DNA of 64,000 bases from an uncultured Aliarcobacter sp. (GTDB taxonomy: Bacteria > Campylobacterota > Campylobacteria > Campylobacterales > Arcobacteraceae): the NCBI GenBank assembly GCA_963664305.2, contig CAXXLV010000002.1, forward strand, positions 832,001 to 896,000. Direction: 5' to 3'. Position 1 is the stretch's first letter. The number at the start of each line of letters is the position of its first letter. Shown here one piece after another: positions 52,571 to 61,678 of this stretch. The translations under genes and the position numbers were made by a program. The notes beneath the pieces were generated by a model. That model was not told the origin of the DNA. It made no database searches and saw only the letters and a program-made list of their open reading frames with translations.

Positions 52571-54154
52571 TTAAAATTTATTATAAAAGTATTCATCATA
52601 TTCACTTTTAAGCTCTTCAAAGTTACTTTTGTCTTCAGGGACATCGACCATTTTACCACCTCTTCCATACGCTGGAATTTTTAATCTGTTAAAAAATAAG
52701 CTATCATATTTGATTGCTGTTGTTCTGAAAAAGTTATATTCTTTTTTACTATTATTTTTAGCAGATAGTAAAACACCCGTCATAACAGCTTCTTTAAATG
52801 TTTCTCCTAATTTTCCAATTCCCTGTTCAACACATTTTTTACAATATTCTAATGCTTCTTTTGGTTTATTGTCAAAAATAAAGTAACGAGTTTTTAAAAA
52901 ACATATATATTGATCTGTATCATCCTTTTTAAATTCACTTTCTAACTTCTTGAAAATCTCATGGCATTCTGTTTTGTCATACAGAGTTTTCTCTTTTTTT
53001 ATATCTAAATGTTCAAAGAACAGCTTAATCAGTAACTTACTACTAGCTGATTCTATAGGTTGTTCAATATTGTCTTTTTGTGAATTCATTTCATTCCATA
53101 AACCAACATATTCATTTTGAGGTTTAGTTTTATTAAAATATAATACAGGAAGATTTGTTTCAATATATTTCATGCAATCTGTTTCAGACAAATTGTAAAA
53201 TAAACTATTTCTCTCAAGTACTTTTTTTATCAATTTATAGGGAGTAATATAATCTCTTTTTACAACTTTTTGAAGCCATACAAAATAATCATCAAAATAA
53301 TGATTTCGATTTATTATATTAGGATTAATATGATTTAAAAGCTCAGTATAAATTCTATATTCAGTTTCTTGAATATCAAAAAATGATGTCAATGAAATTG
53401 AATAAAACTCTAATAAGCAGAAATAGTGTTCTACAAGAATTTCTATTTCCTTGTAATTAAAAGTATTTTCAAGTTCTTTATGAATAGATTGAAAAAGCTT
53501 TGAAAAAAGTGCTAAATTATGTAGATTAAGGTGGGGTGCCTTGTTGCAATCTTTTAAATATTGAATTAGTTTTTGAAGGTGTTCTTTCTTAGGAATAGTT
53601 TGTTCTTTTAAATCAAGCCAACTGTCTATTAACTTTCTTACACTATCATAGCCTTTATCATAGTTTTCATCTTTTTCGTACTTATCTATTAAATATTTTT
53701 TTATATCTTGCTGACAGATGTTTCTTTCTGCCCAAACTAAAAATTTTTGAAAAGACTTTTTTACTTCATCGGGTTTTATTTGTCTTAATATAATTAAATG
53801 CTTGTCAAACACATATGAGCTGAATAAAGCAAGAAATGGAATAACGATGTCCTTTGCTAATAAAAAGTCTAATTGTTTTTGTGTGGTATGGTACGATTCA
53901 ATATATTGAGTAAAGCATTTATAAATTTCAATAAAATTTTCTAACAAGTATTTAAAATGTTCTTTAGAATTATCTTGGAATTCTATTGATTCTAGAATAT
54001 TATTTATTAAATTATCGAAAACATAAGTATTCTTTTCTACTTTTTGAGATTCATTTTTTATATATCTCTCAATAGTTTTTCTATTAAATTTTACATCTAT
54101 TGCTTTTAAATACCAATCAAAAATCTCTTCAATACTTCTAATTTTTCCATGCAT
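52571..54154 (-). CDS. hypothetical all-helical protein, TPR-like C-terminal region
   Basis: 527-aa ORF; FLKTRYFIFDNKPKEALEYCKKCVE is TPR-like. Confidence 0.7.
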   Translation of the reverse strand: MHGKIRSIEEIFDWYLKAIDVKFNRKTIERYIKNESQKVEKNTYVFDNLINNILESIEFQDNSKEHFKYLLENFIEIYKCFTQYIESYHTTQKQLDFLLAKDIVIPFLALFSSYVFDKHLIILRQIKPDEVKKSFQKFLVWAERNICQQDIKKYLIDKYEKDENYDKGYDSVRKLIDSWLDLKEQTIPKKEHLQKLIQYLKDCNKAPHLNLHNLALFSKLFQSIHKELENTFNYKEIEILVEHYFCLLEFYSISLTSFFDIQETEYRIYTELLNHINPNIINRNHYFDDYFVWLQKVVKRDYITPYKLIKKVLERNSLFYNLSETDCMKYIETNLPVLYFNKTKPQNEYVGLWNEMNSQKDNIEQPIESASSKLLIKLFFEHLDIKKEKTLYDKTECHEIFKKLESEFKKDDTDQYICFLKTRYFIFDNKPKEALEYCKKCVEQGIGKLGETFKEAVMTGVLLSAKNNSKKEYNFFRTTAIKYDSLFFNRLKIPAYGRGGKMVDVPEDKSNFEELKSEYDEYFYNKF

Positions 54155-54233
54155 AAAAAGTTGTCCAGCCTAATTCCTATCTTAAATTAACATATTGTGA
54201 CACAATTTCAATTAAATTTTTAAGGAGGAAGAT

Positions 54234-54374
54234 ATGGCAAACAATAACCATAAAGGAAATCAAGGAAATTCAAATAAAGGTACTAACGGCACAAATAGTG
54301 TTTATTCAAAAGTACATGGAAATAGGGGAACTCAATTGAATCCTAACAACCCAAAAGGTTCAAAAGGAAAATAA
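54234..54374 (+). CDS. 46-aa basic Asn/Gly-rich micropeptide (not in ORF track)
   Basis: AAGGAGG RBS; MANNNHKGNQGNSNKGTNGTNSVYSKVHGNRGTQLNPNNPKGSKGK; TAATG overlap with hicA; paralogous to 54994-55272. Confidence 0.8.
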   Translation: MANNNHKGNQGNSNKGTNGTNSVYSKVHGNRGTQLNPNNPKGSKGK

Positions 54375-54604
54375 TGGCTTCTATATCTAATATAACTGGA
54401 AAAGAGTTAATATCATATGTAAATTCAATTGGTTATAGGTTTGAAAGATTAAACAATGGTAATCACAGAGTGTATAAGCATGAAGATAAAAAGACATTAA
54501 TTATTCCAGTGTATAAGAAGAAGTTAGTAAAGTTAGGTTTACTCTGTAGCATATTAAAAGATATCGGAGTTTCAAAAATAGAGTTTATTAACTCTATTAA
54601 TTAA
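54374..54604 (+). CDS. HicA-family mRNA interferase-like protein with no HicB neighbour
   Basis: TGKELI...GYRFER..GNHRVYKH..LIIPV..GLLCSILKDIG. Confidence 0.78.
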   Translation: MASISNITGKELISYVNSIGYRFERLNNGNHRVYKHEDKKTLIIPVYKKKLVKLGLLCSILKDIGVSKIEFINSIN

Positions 54605-54621
54605 ATATAAAAGGAAAAAGA

Positions 54622-54744
54622 ATGTCTAGAGACTATAATGATTTATGGAGTGATATAAATAATCCAAATAATGATGCCAATATGGATGATTGGGCAGATG
54701 CTCATAATGACAACAATGATTATAATGATGAAGATGATCATTAA
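54622..54744 (+). CDS. 40-aa acidic Asn/Asp-rich micropeptide (not in ORF track)
   Basis: AAGGA RBS; MSRDYNDLWSDINNPNNDANMDDWADAHNDNNDYNDEDDH. Confidence 0.7.
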   Translation: MSRDYNDLWSDINNPNNDANMDDWADAHNDNNDYNDEDDH

Positions 54745-54887
54745 ATAAATTACATAATGCTCACTTTTGTAGCTTTATGTAACAATAGAAGGGTACATCC
54801 TATTTCAAATAATACTTACAATATAGAGCATATGATGGATAAATACACCAAAAGAATTGTTAAAACAATTAAGAAACATAGATTAAC

Positions 54888-54958
54888 TAATAACAAGTAC
54901 GTGGAACACAATATGAAGCTTTACCTTTGCTTTATATTACTAACGGCAAATGTTAGGT
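54888..54958 (+). other. degenerate integron attC-like site
   Basis: TAAC...AATATGAAGC-N9-GCTTTATATT...GTTAGGT. Confidence 0.4.
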
Positions 54959-54993
54959 GTTAAGCCAACCAACACATGAAAGGAGACAACTCA

Positions 54994-55272
54994 ATGTCAA
55001 AACATATCAAAACAAGTGATAATTCTACTAATCAGCAAAATCCCAACAAAGGAACTCCTGGCACAAATAAGCAGTATGATCAGAATCAAGGGAATAGAGG
55101 CAAACAAATGAATCCAAATCAAAAAACTGTTATATCCCCGAGTGAAAGTGATACACCAGAACAAAGAATGGCAAAGGCAAAAATCTGGCTTACACTTGAC
55201 CCTTATACTGCATTTGAACTTTTTCCAGAACTTCGTGATGAATATAATGAAGATGAATATTTGTTTGATTGA
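54994..55272 (+). CDS. 92-aa Asn/Gln-rich protein
   Basis: AAGGAG precedes ATG 54994; NQQNPNKGTPGTNKQYDQNQGNRGKQMNPN with acidic tail. Confidence 0.78.
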   Translation: MSKHIKTSDNSTNQQNPNKGTPGTNKQYDQNQGNRGKQMNPNQKTVISPSESDTPEQRMAKAKIWLTLDPYTAFELFPELRDEYNEDEYLFD

Positions 55273-55294
55273 TAGTGAACAATCAAAGCAGAAG

Positions 55295-55366
55295 ATCCAA
55301 CAAATCAGAGGAGACTAACCAAAAAACTGTCTGCGGCTTTTTGATTGCTTATTTTAAACGTTAAGT
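55295..55366 (+). other. integron attC-like site
   Basis: ATCCAAC (RYYYAAC) ... AACCAAAAA/TTTTTGATT stem ... GTTAAGT (GTTRRRY), 72 bp, just after a stop codon. Confidence 0.5.
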
Positions 55367-55529
55367 TACTAAACCTCTAGATTTTGGAACAAAATTAGAA
55401 AATCTAACTTATTGGCTTTATAACCTTTGTTTAGAGATATAATTTGTTCCAAAAAGTGTTCAAGAAGTAGAATTTAGTGATTCTCTCAAATCCTAAGGAC
55501 TTTTTGAACAACAAAAATCACTTTTTAAG

Positions 55530-56732
55530 TCATAAGTTTAAAGATTCATCTAGTCTGCCCTCAAATAATATTGCCAACTGTGAAATAGTTAGCGACCAAT
55601 TCCAAATAGGCATAGTCCATTTTTTAGAAGCATTCTGAATACCCATATACAAAAGTTTGAGAAGACTATTTTCATTTGGGAAAGCACCTTTAGTTTTAGT
55701 AAGTTTTCTAAACTGTCTGTGAACTGATTCAATAATATTAGTAGTGTAGATGATGCGTCTTATCTCTTCAGGATATTTAAAATATGCAGATAGATGTTCC
55801 CATTTGTTCCTCCACGACTTAATTACAATAGGATATTTTTTGCCCCACTTAGACTCAAGGTTGTCAAGTTCCATTTCAGCAGCTTCTTTGGAGATAGCTT
55901 GATAGATAATCTTCAAATCTTTCATAAACTCTTTTTGGTTTTTAGAAGCTACATAGCGTATTGAATTTCTAATTTGATGTACGATACACAATTGAACTTC
56001 AGTATTTGGAAATATTGCATTTATAGCTTCTGGAAACCCTTTTAATCCATCAACAGATGCAATAAGTATATCTTCTACACCTCTATTATTTAAATCAGTT
56101 AAAACCTGTAGCCAGAAGTTAGCTCCCTCATTTTCTGAAAGGTATAAACCTAATATCTCTTTTTTGCCATTTAGTCCAACACCAAGAATAGTATAAACTG
56201 CTTTTGAAATATATCTACCATTATCTTTAATTTTATAGTGTATAGCATCAAGCCATACAAATGGATAGATTGATTCTAATGGTCTTTGTTGCCACTCTTT
56301 GAGCAATGGTATAACTTTGTCTGTAACAGCACTTATTGTTGCTTTAGAAAACTCAGTACCATATAACTCTTGAATATGTTCAGATATTTGAGAGTAGCTA
56401 TTACCAAGAGCATATAAAGATAAAATCTTTTGCTCTATATGGTCTGACATATGTGTTTGATGTTTTTTAACTATTTGAGGTTCATAAGAACCATTCCTAT
56501 CTCTTGGAACATCAAGTTCAAATTCTCCAACACTACTTTTCATAGTTTTAGTAGATTTACCGTTCTTACGGTTTTTATTTATCTCAGTAGTAAGATGTGA
56601 TTCAAGTTCTGCTTGTAATACAGCTTCAGTTAGTTGTTTGATAAGAGGAGCTAAAACTCCGTCCTTACCATCTATTTTTGCACCAGCTTTAATTTGTTCA
56701 AGTGCATCTGTTAAATCAAGTGTTTGATTCAT
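55530..56732 (-). CDS. IS256-family (Mutator) transposase
   Basis: VPRDRNG, VWLDA, SVDGLKGF, QLCIVHQIRN, IYTTNIIES. Confidence 0.96.
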   Translation of the reverse strand: MNQTLDLTDALEQIKAGAKIDGKDGVLAPLIKQLTEAVLQAELESHLTTEINKNRKNGKSTKTMKSSVGEFELDVPRDRNGSYEPQIVKKHQTHMSDHIEQKILSLYALGNSYSQISEHIQELYGTEFSKATISAVTDKVIPLLKEWQQRPLESIYPFVWLDAIHYKIKDNGRYISKAVYTILGVGLNGKKEILGLYLSENEGANFWLQVLTDLNNRGVEDILIASVDGLKGFPEAINAIFPNTEVQLCIVHQIRNSIRYVASKNQKEFMKDLKIIYQAISKEAAEMELDNLESKWGKKYPIVIKSWRNKWEHLSAYFKYPEEIRRIIYTTNIIESVHRQFRKLTKTKGAFPNENSLLKLLYMGIQNASKKWTMPIWNWSLTISQLAILFEGRLDESLNL

Positions 56733-56842
56733 TGTTCAATCCTTTAGAATAAATTCTATCAGACTGACACAAAATTTCTAACTCTCCCTTTATAAACTAT
56801 GAGAGTTTATGCTCTAATTTCTTATTTTTAATAATAAAAAAT

Positions 56843-56876
56843 TTTAGTGAGTTGATTTAATTATTAACTCACTAAA
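56843..56876. terminator. hairpin downstream of the relaxase
   Basis: TTTAGTGAGTT...AACTCACTAAA. Confidence 0.5.
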
Positions 56877-56906
56877 GTGAAATTTATATCACTAAAATAC
56901 TTTTTA

Positions 56907-58235
56907 TTAATCTCTTTCAAATCCTTTATCTTTATAATTAGTCTTTGTTAAACCAATTTTAGGTATTTTCTCTTTTATAAGTTCCTTTACTTTTTCAAAA
57001 TCAGCTGTTTTAAAATATGATGTTGCAAATACTTTAAATCTCTCATATTGATTAGCTTTCTCTTGTAGAATATCATTACTTTTTTCTAATTGTTCAACTT
57101 TACGATTAAGTTCTTCTTCTTTGCTCTTTGATTTTACGATGAAGCTATCTACACTTTCAGTCTGATAAATATATCGTTCTTCTTTTTTTAGTATTCCTTT
57201 TGAGATTGTAACTCTCTCTTTTAAAATTTTCCCTTTTACTGTTAATGTTATATCTCTTTCTTTTTGCTCCAGTTTAGTTAATTTTTCATTTTGAATATTT
57301 ATAGTCTTAACTTTTTCATCTATTAATTGTTTTAAATCTTCTAAACTTAGCTCTTTAAGTTCTAATTGCTGTTTTAAATCTTTATTTACTTGCTCTAGCT
57401 TTGCATACTCTGGTCTAGTTGCTTTTTGTTCTTTTAACTCTTCCCTTTGATTGTTTACAGCTAATTTTAATACTCTAAGCTTTTCTAAATATTCTTCTTT
57501 TTCTTTCATAACAGCTTTATACTCTTTATGACCTAATCTTTTTGCTTTGCTTCCATGTTCTCCTCTTTCCATTCCTAAGTGTTCAGCAACAATATCTTGA
57601 AGCTTTATAAGCTTAGTTCTGTTCATATGTTCTCTTCTATACATTTGTTGTCCAGTTTCTTTATCCAGAGTAAAAAAACTTATATGTGCATGATGATTTT
57701 TTCTAATTAGTTTTCCATCTTTTTCTTGACCTTCATCTTTATGAATTGCAACTTGAATTGTTTGAAATCCAGTTTCTTTTTCAATTTTTTTTGCGAGTTC
57801 TAAAATTTCATCTAACTTATGCTCTGTTTTTAAATTTACTATTGCTTCCCATAAAGTATTTTTTTTATCAGCTGTTTTATTTAATCCTTTTTCTAATCTA
57901 TTTTCTTTAGCTATTTTATACATTTCATTAAACTTTATTAATGCTTCTTTTGAGCCAATATTAAACTCATTATCTTTTGTATATTCTTCAAAGATTGTAT
58001 TAGCTTTTTTTTCTTCTTCTCTTGCATTATGTTTAAAACAATGGATATTTACTTTTTGAAAATTGATAGAAGATTTTGCAACTTTTTTACTAGAAGAACT
58101 TAATTTATTTTTTTCGCCCGCGAAATTATTTATAGTATTTTCATAATCATTTTTTGAAGTTTTAAATCCACCTTTTGGAGTTGGTGTTCCACTATTTTTT
58201 TCAAATTCATCTTCTAATTCATATTCAAAACTCAT
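56907..58235 (-). CDS. MOBV/Pre-like relaxase
   Basis: HNAR, AIHKDEG...NHHAHISF HUH motif, GMERG, coiled-coil tail. Confidence 0.8.
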   Translation of the reverse strand: MSFEYELEDEFEKNSGTPTPKGGFKTSKNDYENTINNFAGEKNKLSSSSKKVAKSSINFQKVNIHCFKHNAREEEKKANTIFEEYTKDNEFNIGSKEALIKFNEMYKIAKENRLEKGLNKTADKKNTLWEAIVNLKTEHKLDEILELAKKIEKETGFQTIQVAIHKDEGQEKDGKLIRKNHHAHISFFTLDKETGQQMYRREHMNRTKLIKLQDIVAEHLGMERGEHGSKAKRLGHKEYKAVMKEKEEYLEKLRVLKLAVNNQREELKEQKATRPEYAKLEQVNKDLKQQLELKELSLEDLKQLIDEKVKTINIQNEKLTKLEQKERDITLTVKGKILKERVTISKGILKKEERYIYQTESVDSFIVKSKSKEEELNRKVEQLEKSNDILQEKANQYERFKVFATSYFKTADFEKVKELIKEKIPKIGLTKTNYKDKGFERD

Positions 58236-58269
58236 TAGAAAAACTCCTCCCTTTTTTATAAAAAGAATC

Positions 58270-58372
58270 TACCCTTGTGGTAGAAGCAACTAAATTACAA
58301 TTTCAATTGGATAGTGCGCACTATCCAATAGACTTAGTCTATTTATAGTTATACTCATATACCACAAGGGTA
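58270..58372. other. candidate oriT
   Basis: nested inverted repeats directly upstream of the relaxase, including perfect 24-bp palindrome 58306-58329. Confidence 0.6.
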
Positions 58373-58412
58373 TAAAAAATAAAAGGGAGAAATTAATCTC
58401 CCAATTTTTACT

Positions 58413-58790
58413 TCACACATTTAATTCTCTCATGCTCTGCTCTGCATTTGATGTATTAAATTCTTCTTCTAAAATCTTCCCACTTTGAATATTCAAAAAA
58501 CCTTTCTTTGTTCTTGAAATCATTAATTCAACTTCTTTTCCAACAAGCTCTAAATTTCTAAAACAAATACTTTTATCCCTAGCACAATAATTTTCATTAT
58601 AAAATACACTACTTTTAAATCTGACATTATCAATTTTAAATGCAACAAATAAATTTGCACTTTTTCCCCAACACAACAAGTCAATTTTTGCAACTAATGG
58701 TTTTGATAAATCAAAATCTTTTAAATGATCATTATATGCTGATAAAATTGCACTTGTTTCATCATAATTAAATATTCTATTTGCTTTCAT
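58413..58790 (-). CDS. hypothetical protein
   Basis: 125-aa ORF coupled by ATGA overlap to the upstream gene. Confidence 0.7.
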   Translation of the reverse strand: MKANRIFNYDETSAILSAYNDHLKDFDLSKPLVAKIDLLCWGKSANLFVAFKIDNVRFKSSVFYNENYCARDKSICFRNLELVGKEVELMISRTKKGFLNIQSGKILEEEFNTSNAEQSMRELNV

Positions 58791-59782
58791 TTTACTCTCC
58801 CATTTAGTAACTCATCAATACTATTTCCTTTTGTGGATTTTATTAAGTTATCAATGTATTTTTCTGTTGAATCAGTAGCTTTACTTTTAACTGTATCTTT
58901 ACTACTTCCAAAGTTTTCTTTTTCATCAATTACTTTTTTCATATCAAATTTTGAATTTGATTTTTCATTGATTAAGTTCAGCGAAATTGCATAAAAAAAG
59001 TTCATTTGCATTTCATATTGAGCTTGTTGGACATTTAGCATTTCTAATAAAAATTGATTAGTTGTTTTTTGTTGTTTAACAACATCATTTTCACTATTAA
59101 TTTGATTTGCAAGTTGTTTTATTCTTTCCATCTTCTCTTTTCTCTCCTGTACAACTTGCTCATTCACAAAATAATCATTATAAATTTCCATAGGAGCAAG
59201 TAAGGCATATTTTTTTAATGCTTCTTGTTCTATTCCTTTTAACTTGATATATTCATTCAAATCTTGTACAGCTTTTTGATATGCAACATAATCATTATCT
59301 TCTATAGCTTTTAGAACTTTATCATTCAACTTTTGATATTTTTCATCTTCTTTATTGTCAAAAAGAGCTTTAAAATTGTCTTTCCATTTTTTTAAAACAT
59401 CATCTTTTAATGGCTCACTAATATTATGATTTTCTTTAAAAAATCTTTCTGCTCCCATATTACTTGCTCTTTCTGCCATACTCTCAAATTTTCTTTGAAT
59501 ACTGTTAATATTATTTACAAGTCCCATGATTTGTTTTTGTGGGTTGTAAATTCTTTCGCCCGCGTTAAACATTAAGTCGTTTGCTGTATTTAATGCTTCA
59601 TTTGCTTTATTTAAAACGCTTAACTGGTCTAAAGCTCCTTTGATTTGGTCATTCATTGCTTTAAGCTGTTTTGCGTAATATGTGTAAGAGGTTGGGTCTG
59701 TTACTGCCATTCCACCATATAATAAAGTATTATTTACGCTAAGGATTACTAAAAGAATTATCTTAATAAATTTTATTTTCAT
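58787..59782 (-). CDS. TrbJ/VirB5-like secreted transfer protein
   Basis: signal peptide then GGMAVTDP and long helical body; next to VirB6-like gene. Confidence 0.65.
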   Translation of the reverse strand: MKIKFIKIILLVILSVNNTLLYGGMAVTDPTSYTYYAKQLKAMNDQIKGALDQLSVLNKANEALNTANDLMFNAGERIYNPQKQIMGLVNNINSIQRKFESMAERASNMGAERFFKENHNISEPLKDDVLKKWKDNFKALFDNKEDEKYQKLNDKVLKAIEDNDYVAYQKAVQDLNEYIKLKGIEQEALKKYALLAPMEIYNDYFVNEQVVQERKEKMERIKQLANQINSENDVVKQQKTTNQFLLEMLNVQQAQYEMQMNFFYAISLNLINEKSNSKFDMKKVIDEKENFGSSKDTVKSKATDSTEKYIDNLIKSTKGNSIDELLNGRVK

Positions 59783-59803
59783 GCTCGGTTCCTTTTTGTT
59801 TAT

Positions 59804-60814
59804 TTATCTTACTGATACTTTATCTTTTATCGTATCTTTGATTTTATCTCCTATTTTTGCTCCAGTTGATTTTGCAACTTTTCCCATTTTTGTTGCCGAA
59901 AAACTTAAACCGCTGTATTTACTTACTGCTCCAATAATTGCCCCACCCGCTGATAAAGTACCTACACCACTTGTTAAACTACTTCCCTCGTTAGAACTTC
60001 CTATAATTTGATTAATGATATTTGGAATTTTAAATATTGCTATAGCTGTAAGAAGTTGTACGATAACTAAAGCAAAAATATACATAGCATTTTCTTGAAA
60101 ATCTGATTGAATGGCATGAGTTACATTAATTGTAAATTCAGAGGTTTGTACAGAAATCAAACCAAACAATAAAGTAAATGGAGCGTATAATGAAACAGAA
60201 ATATAAAGTTTACCCCATGAATAAAACATTGATTCACTTTTTTTCCATATTAAAAATGGCAATACAAAAGGCATAAGTGATAGAATTACATCAGATAAAA
60301 AAACTGAAAATATACTATTTAGAAGTGTAATTACTAGCAAAAAACTTCCAGACAATAAAACTATAATCCCATAAAAAAATGCTGAAATATTATTCCAACC
60401 ACTTTGATTAAATAAGTAAGTTGCTAATTGAGATATTGAACTTGAAATATTATCAATGATATTTTTTACTGTTGCAGAACTATTTGTATTAGATACAAAA
60501 TTATGAATAAGTTCAAGAAACATATCTCGTGGAGTATTTAATAAGCTTATTAGCAAGTTATAAATGTTTTGATTATAGATAACAGTTTTTACAAATGAGA
60601 TAACTACGATTAGCCATATCGCTCTATATGCAATATCTTCACTACTAAATCTTTTAAATGCAATCATAAATCCCAAATATACAATTGAAAGGGAAAATAC
60701 AATATTGAAAAAGCTATTATTAAATACTAGCTGAGAACTTTGATATAAACCAGTTTGAATATAATCAGTTCCATTTTGCAATATACTTGTTGCAATTTCA
60801 TATAACTTTGTCAT
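59804..60814 (-). CDS. TrbL/VirB6-like T4SS membrane protein
   Basis: polytopic, LSLMPFVLPFLIW..MFYSW, KIPNIINQIIG and Gly/Ala-rich tail. Confidence 0.8.
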   Translation of the reverse strand: MTKLYEIATSILQNGTDYIQTGLYQSSQLVFNNSFFNIVFSLSIVYLGFMIAFKRFSSEDIAYRAIWLIVVISFVKTVIYNQNIYNLLISLLNTPRDMFLELIHNFVSNTNSSATVKNIIDNISSSISQLATYLFNQSGWNNISAFFYGIIVLLSGSFLLVITLLNSIFSVFLSDVILSLMPFVLPFLIWKKSESMFYSWGKLYISVSLYAPFTLLFGLISVQTSEFTINVTHAIQSDFQENAMYIFALVIVQLLTAIAIFKIPNIINQIIGSSNEGSSLTSGVGTLSAGGAIIGAVSKYSGLSFSATKMGKVAKSTGAKIGDKIKDTIKDKVSVR

Positions 60815-61077
60815 TTTTGATTCTCCATTTCTCTTAGTTCAGCTCTTATCTTTTCAAATTCTTCTTTTACACTAAAAGGTATTTTTATATTTTCTTTTAA
60901 ATTTATTAGCTCCTCTTCAAGTTCTACTCTACTACTTAATAAATAAGTAATATAAGCTGTTGAGTCTTTTAATAAGCTATCAGCTGTTAAATATAAACTA
61001 ACTAGATTATTTCTTTCACTTTCAACTTCTAACAATTTTGTTATCAATTGGTCTTTGCTTAGTTTTTGATAAGACAT
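60811..61077 (-). CDS. hypothetical coiled-coil protein
   Basis: AAGGA RBS, ATGA overlap with next gene. Confidence 0.65.
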   Translation of the reverse strand: MSYQKLSKDQLITKLLEVESERNNLVSLYLTADSLLKDSTAYITYLLSSRVELEEELINLKENIKIPFSVKEEFEKIRAELREMENQK

Positions 61078-61087
61078 AGTATTTCCT

Positions 61088-61678
61088 TTAAAATTCTATT
61101 TCATCTTGTTTAATTGCCCTAGGACTATTAATTAGTTGCTTTTTTCTTTTATTACCATCACTAGAAGTATAAAACTCACTATTTCTCCCTTTTATTTTAT
61201 TTTCTTGTTCCACTTGATACATTATTTGAAAATAATCTAAATTCGATAAGTCAGAGGGCATATTAATAGTATTATTATATGTAGCTAATTTCTCGGCGCC
61301 GATTTTTTCGGGTGCGAAAATTTCATATGCGGTAATAAATCTTATTTTATGGTCTTTTTGTATCTTTTTTATCTCGCCTATAAGAAAATTGATTTCTAGA
61401 TTTTCAGAATCAAAAAACCAAATCATCTTACAATTTCTAATAACTTGAACTCTAAATAGAAAAAAGTATTTTTCTAGTTCTTTTAGATACTTTCTAATCG
61501 TATCTCTATGTAAACCAGTATGTATTTCTAAACTAGACATACTTACCTCAAAATCATCACTATAACACTCAAATAAGGCTCCTAAACCTTTTGCTTGTAA
61601 TGATACTTTAGGATGAAATGCTAAATTATGATGTACTTGACCATACTGTCTTTCTTTCTTTTTAACACGAATCTTCAA
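61088..61678 (-). CDS. winged-HTH replication initiator-like protein
   Basis: VSLQAKGL...RDTIRKYLKELEKY typical of phage/IME replisome organisers. Confidence 0.65.
   Translation of the reverse strand: MKIRVKKKERQYGQVHHNLAFHPKVSLQAKGLGALFECYSDDFEVSMSSLEIHTGLHRDTIRKYLKELEKYFFLFRVQVIRNCKMIWFFDSENLEINFLIGEIKKIQKDHKIRFITAYEIFAPEKIGAEKLATYNNTINMPSDLSNLDYFQIMYQVEQENKIKGRNSEFYTSSDGNKRKKQLINSPRAIKQDEIEF

Larger units (their letters stand above)
52226..56788 (-). mobile_element. IS256-family element with passenger genes
   Basis: imperfect 26-bp inverted repeats ending in TTTTGTGTCAGT (52226-52251, 56763-56788) flanked by 8-bp duplication TTTATAAA (52218-52225, 56789-56796). Confidence 0.85.

Noticed and set aside
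54757..54963. 68-aa ORF in the IS cargo
   Set aside because: No clear RBS and it runs through the attC-like palindrome; at most a gene remnant
48823..56799. TTTATAAACTA at the end of the integrase fragment and at the reconstructed end of the NACHT gene, as possible cassette boundaries
   Set aside because: An 11-mer that is almost all A/T in a very AT-rich genome can recur by chance; needs an empty-site comparison
58787..60814. Self-transmissible ICE or prophage
   Set aside because: No VirB4, coupling protein or core T4SS genes, and no phage structural genes; mobilizable only
61290..61322. GC-rich patch with palindrome TCGGCGCCGA inside rep as a replication origin
   Set aside because: Only two weak repeats; plausible but too little to support a call
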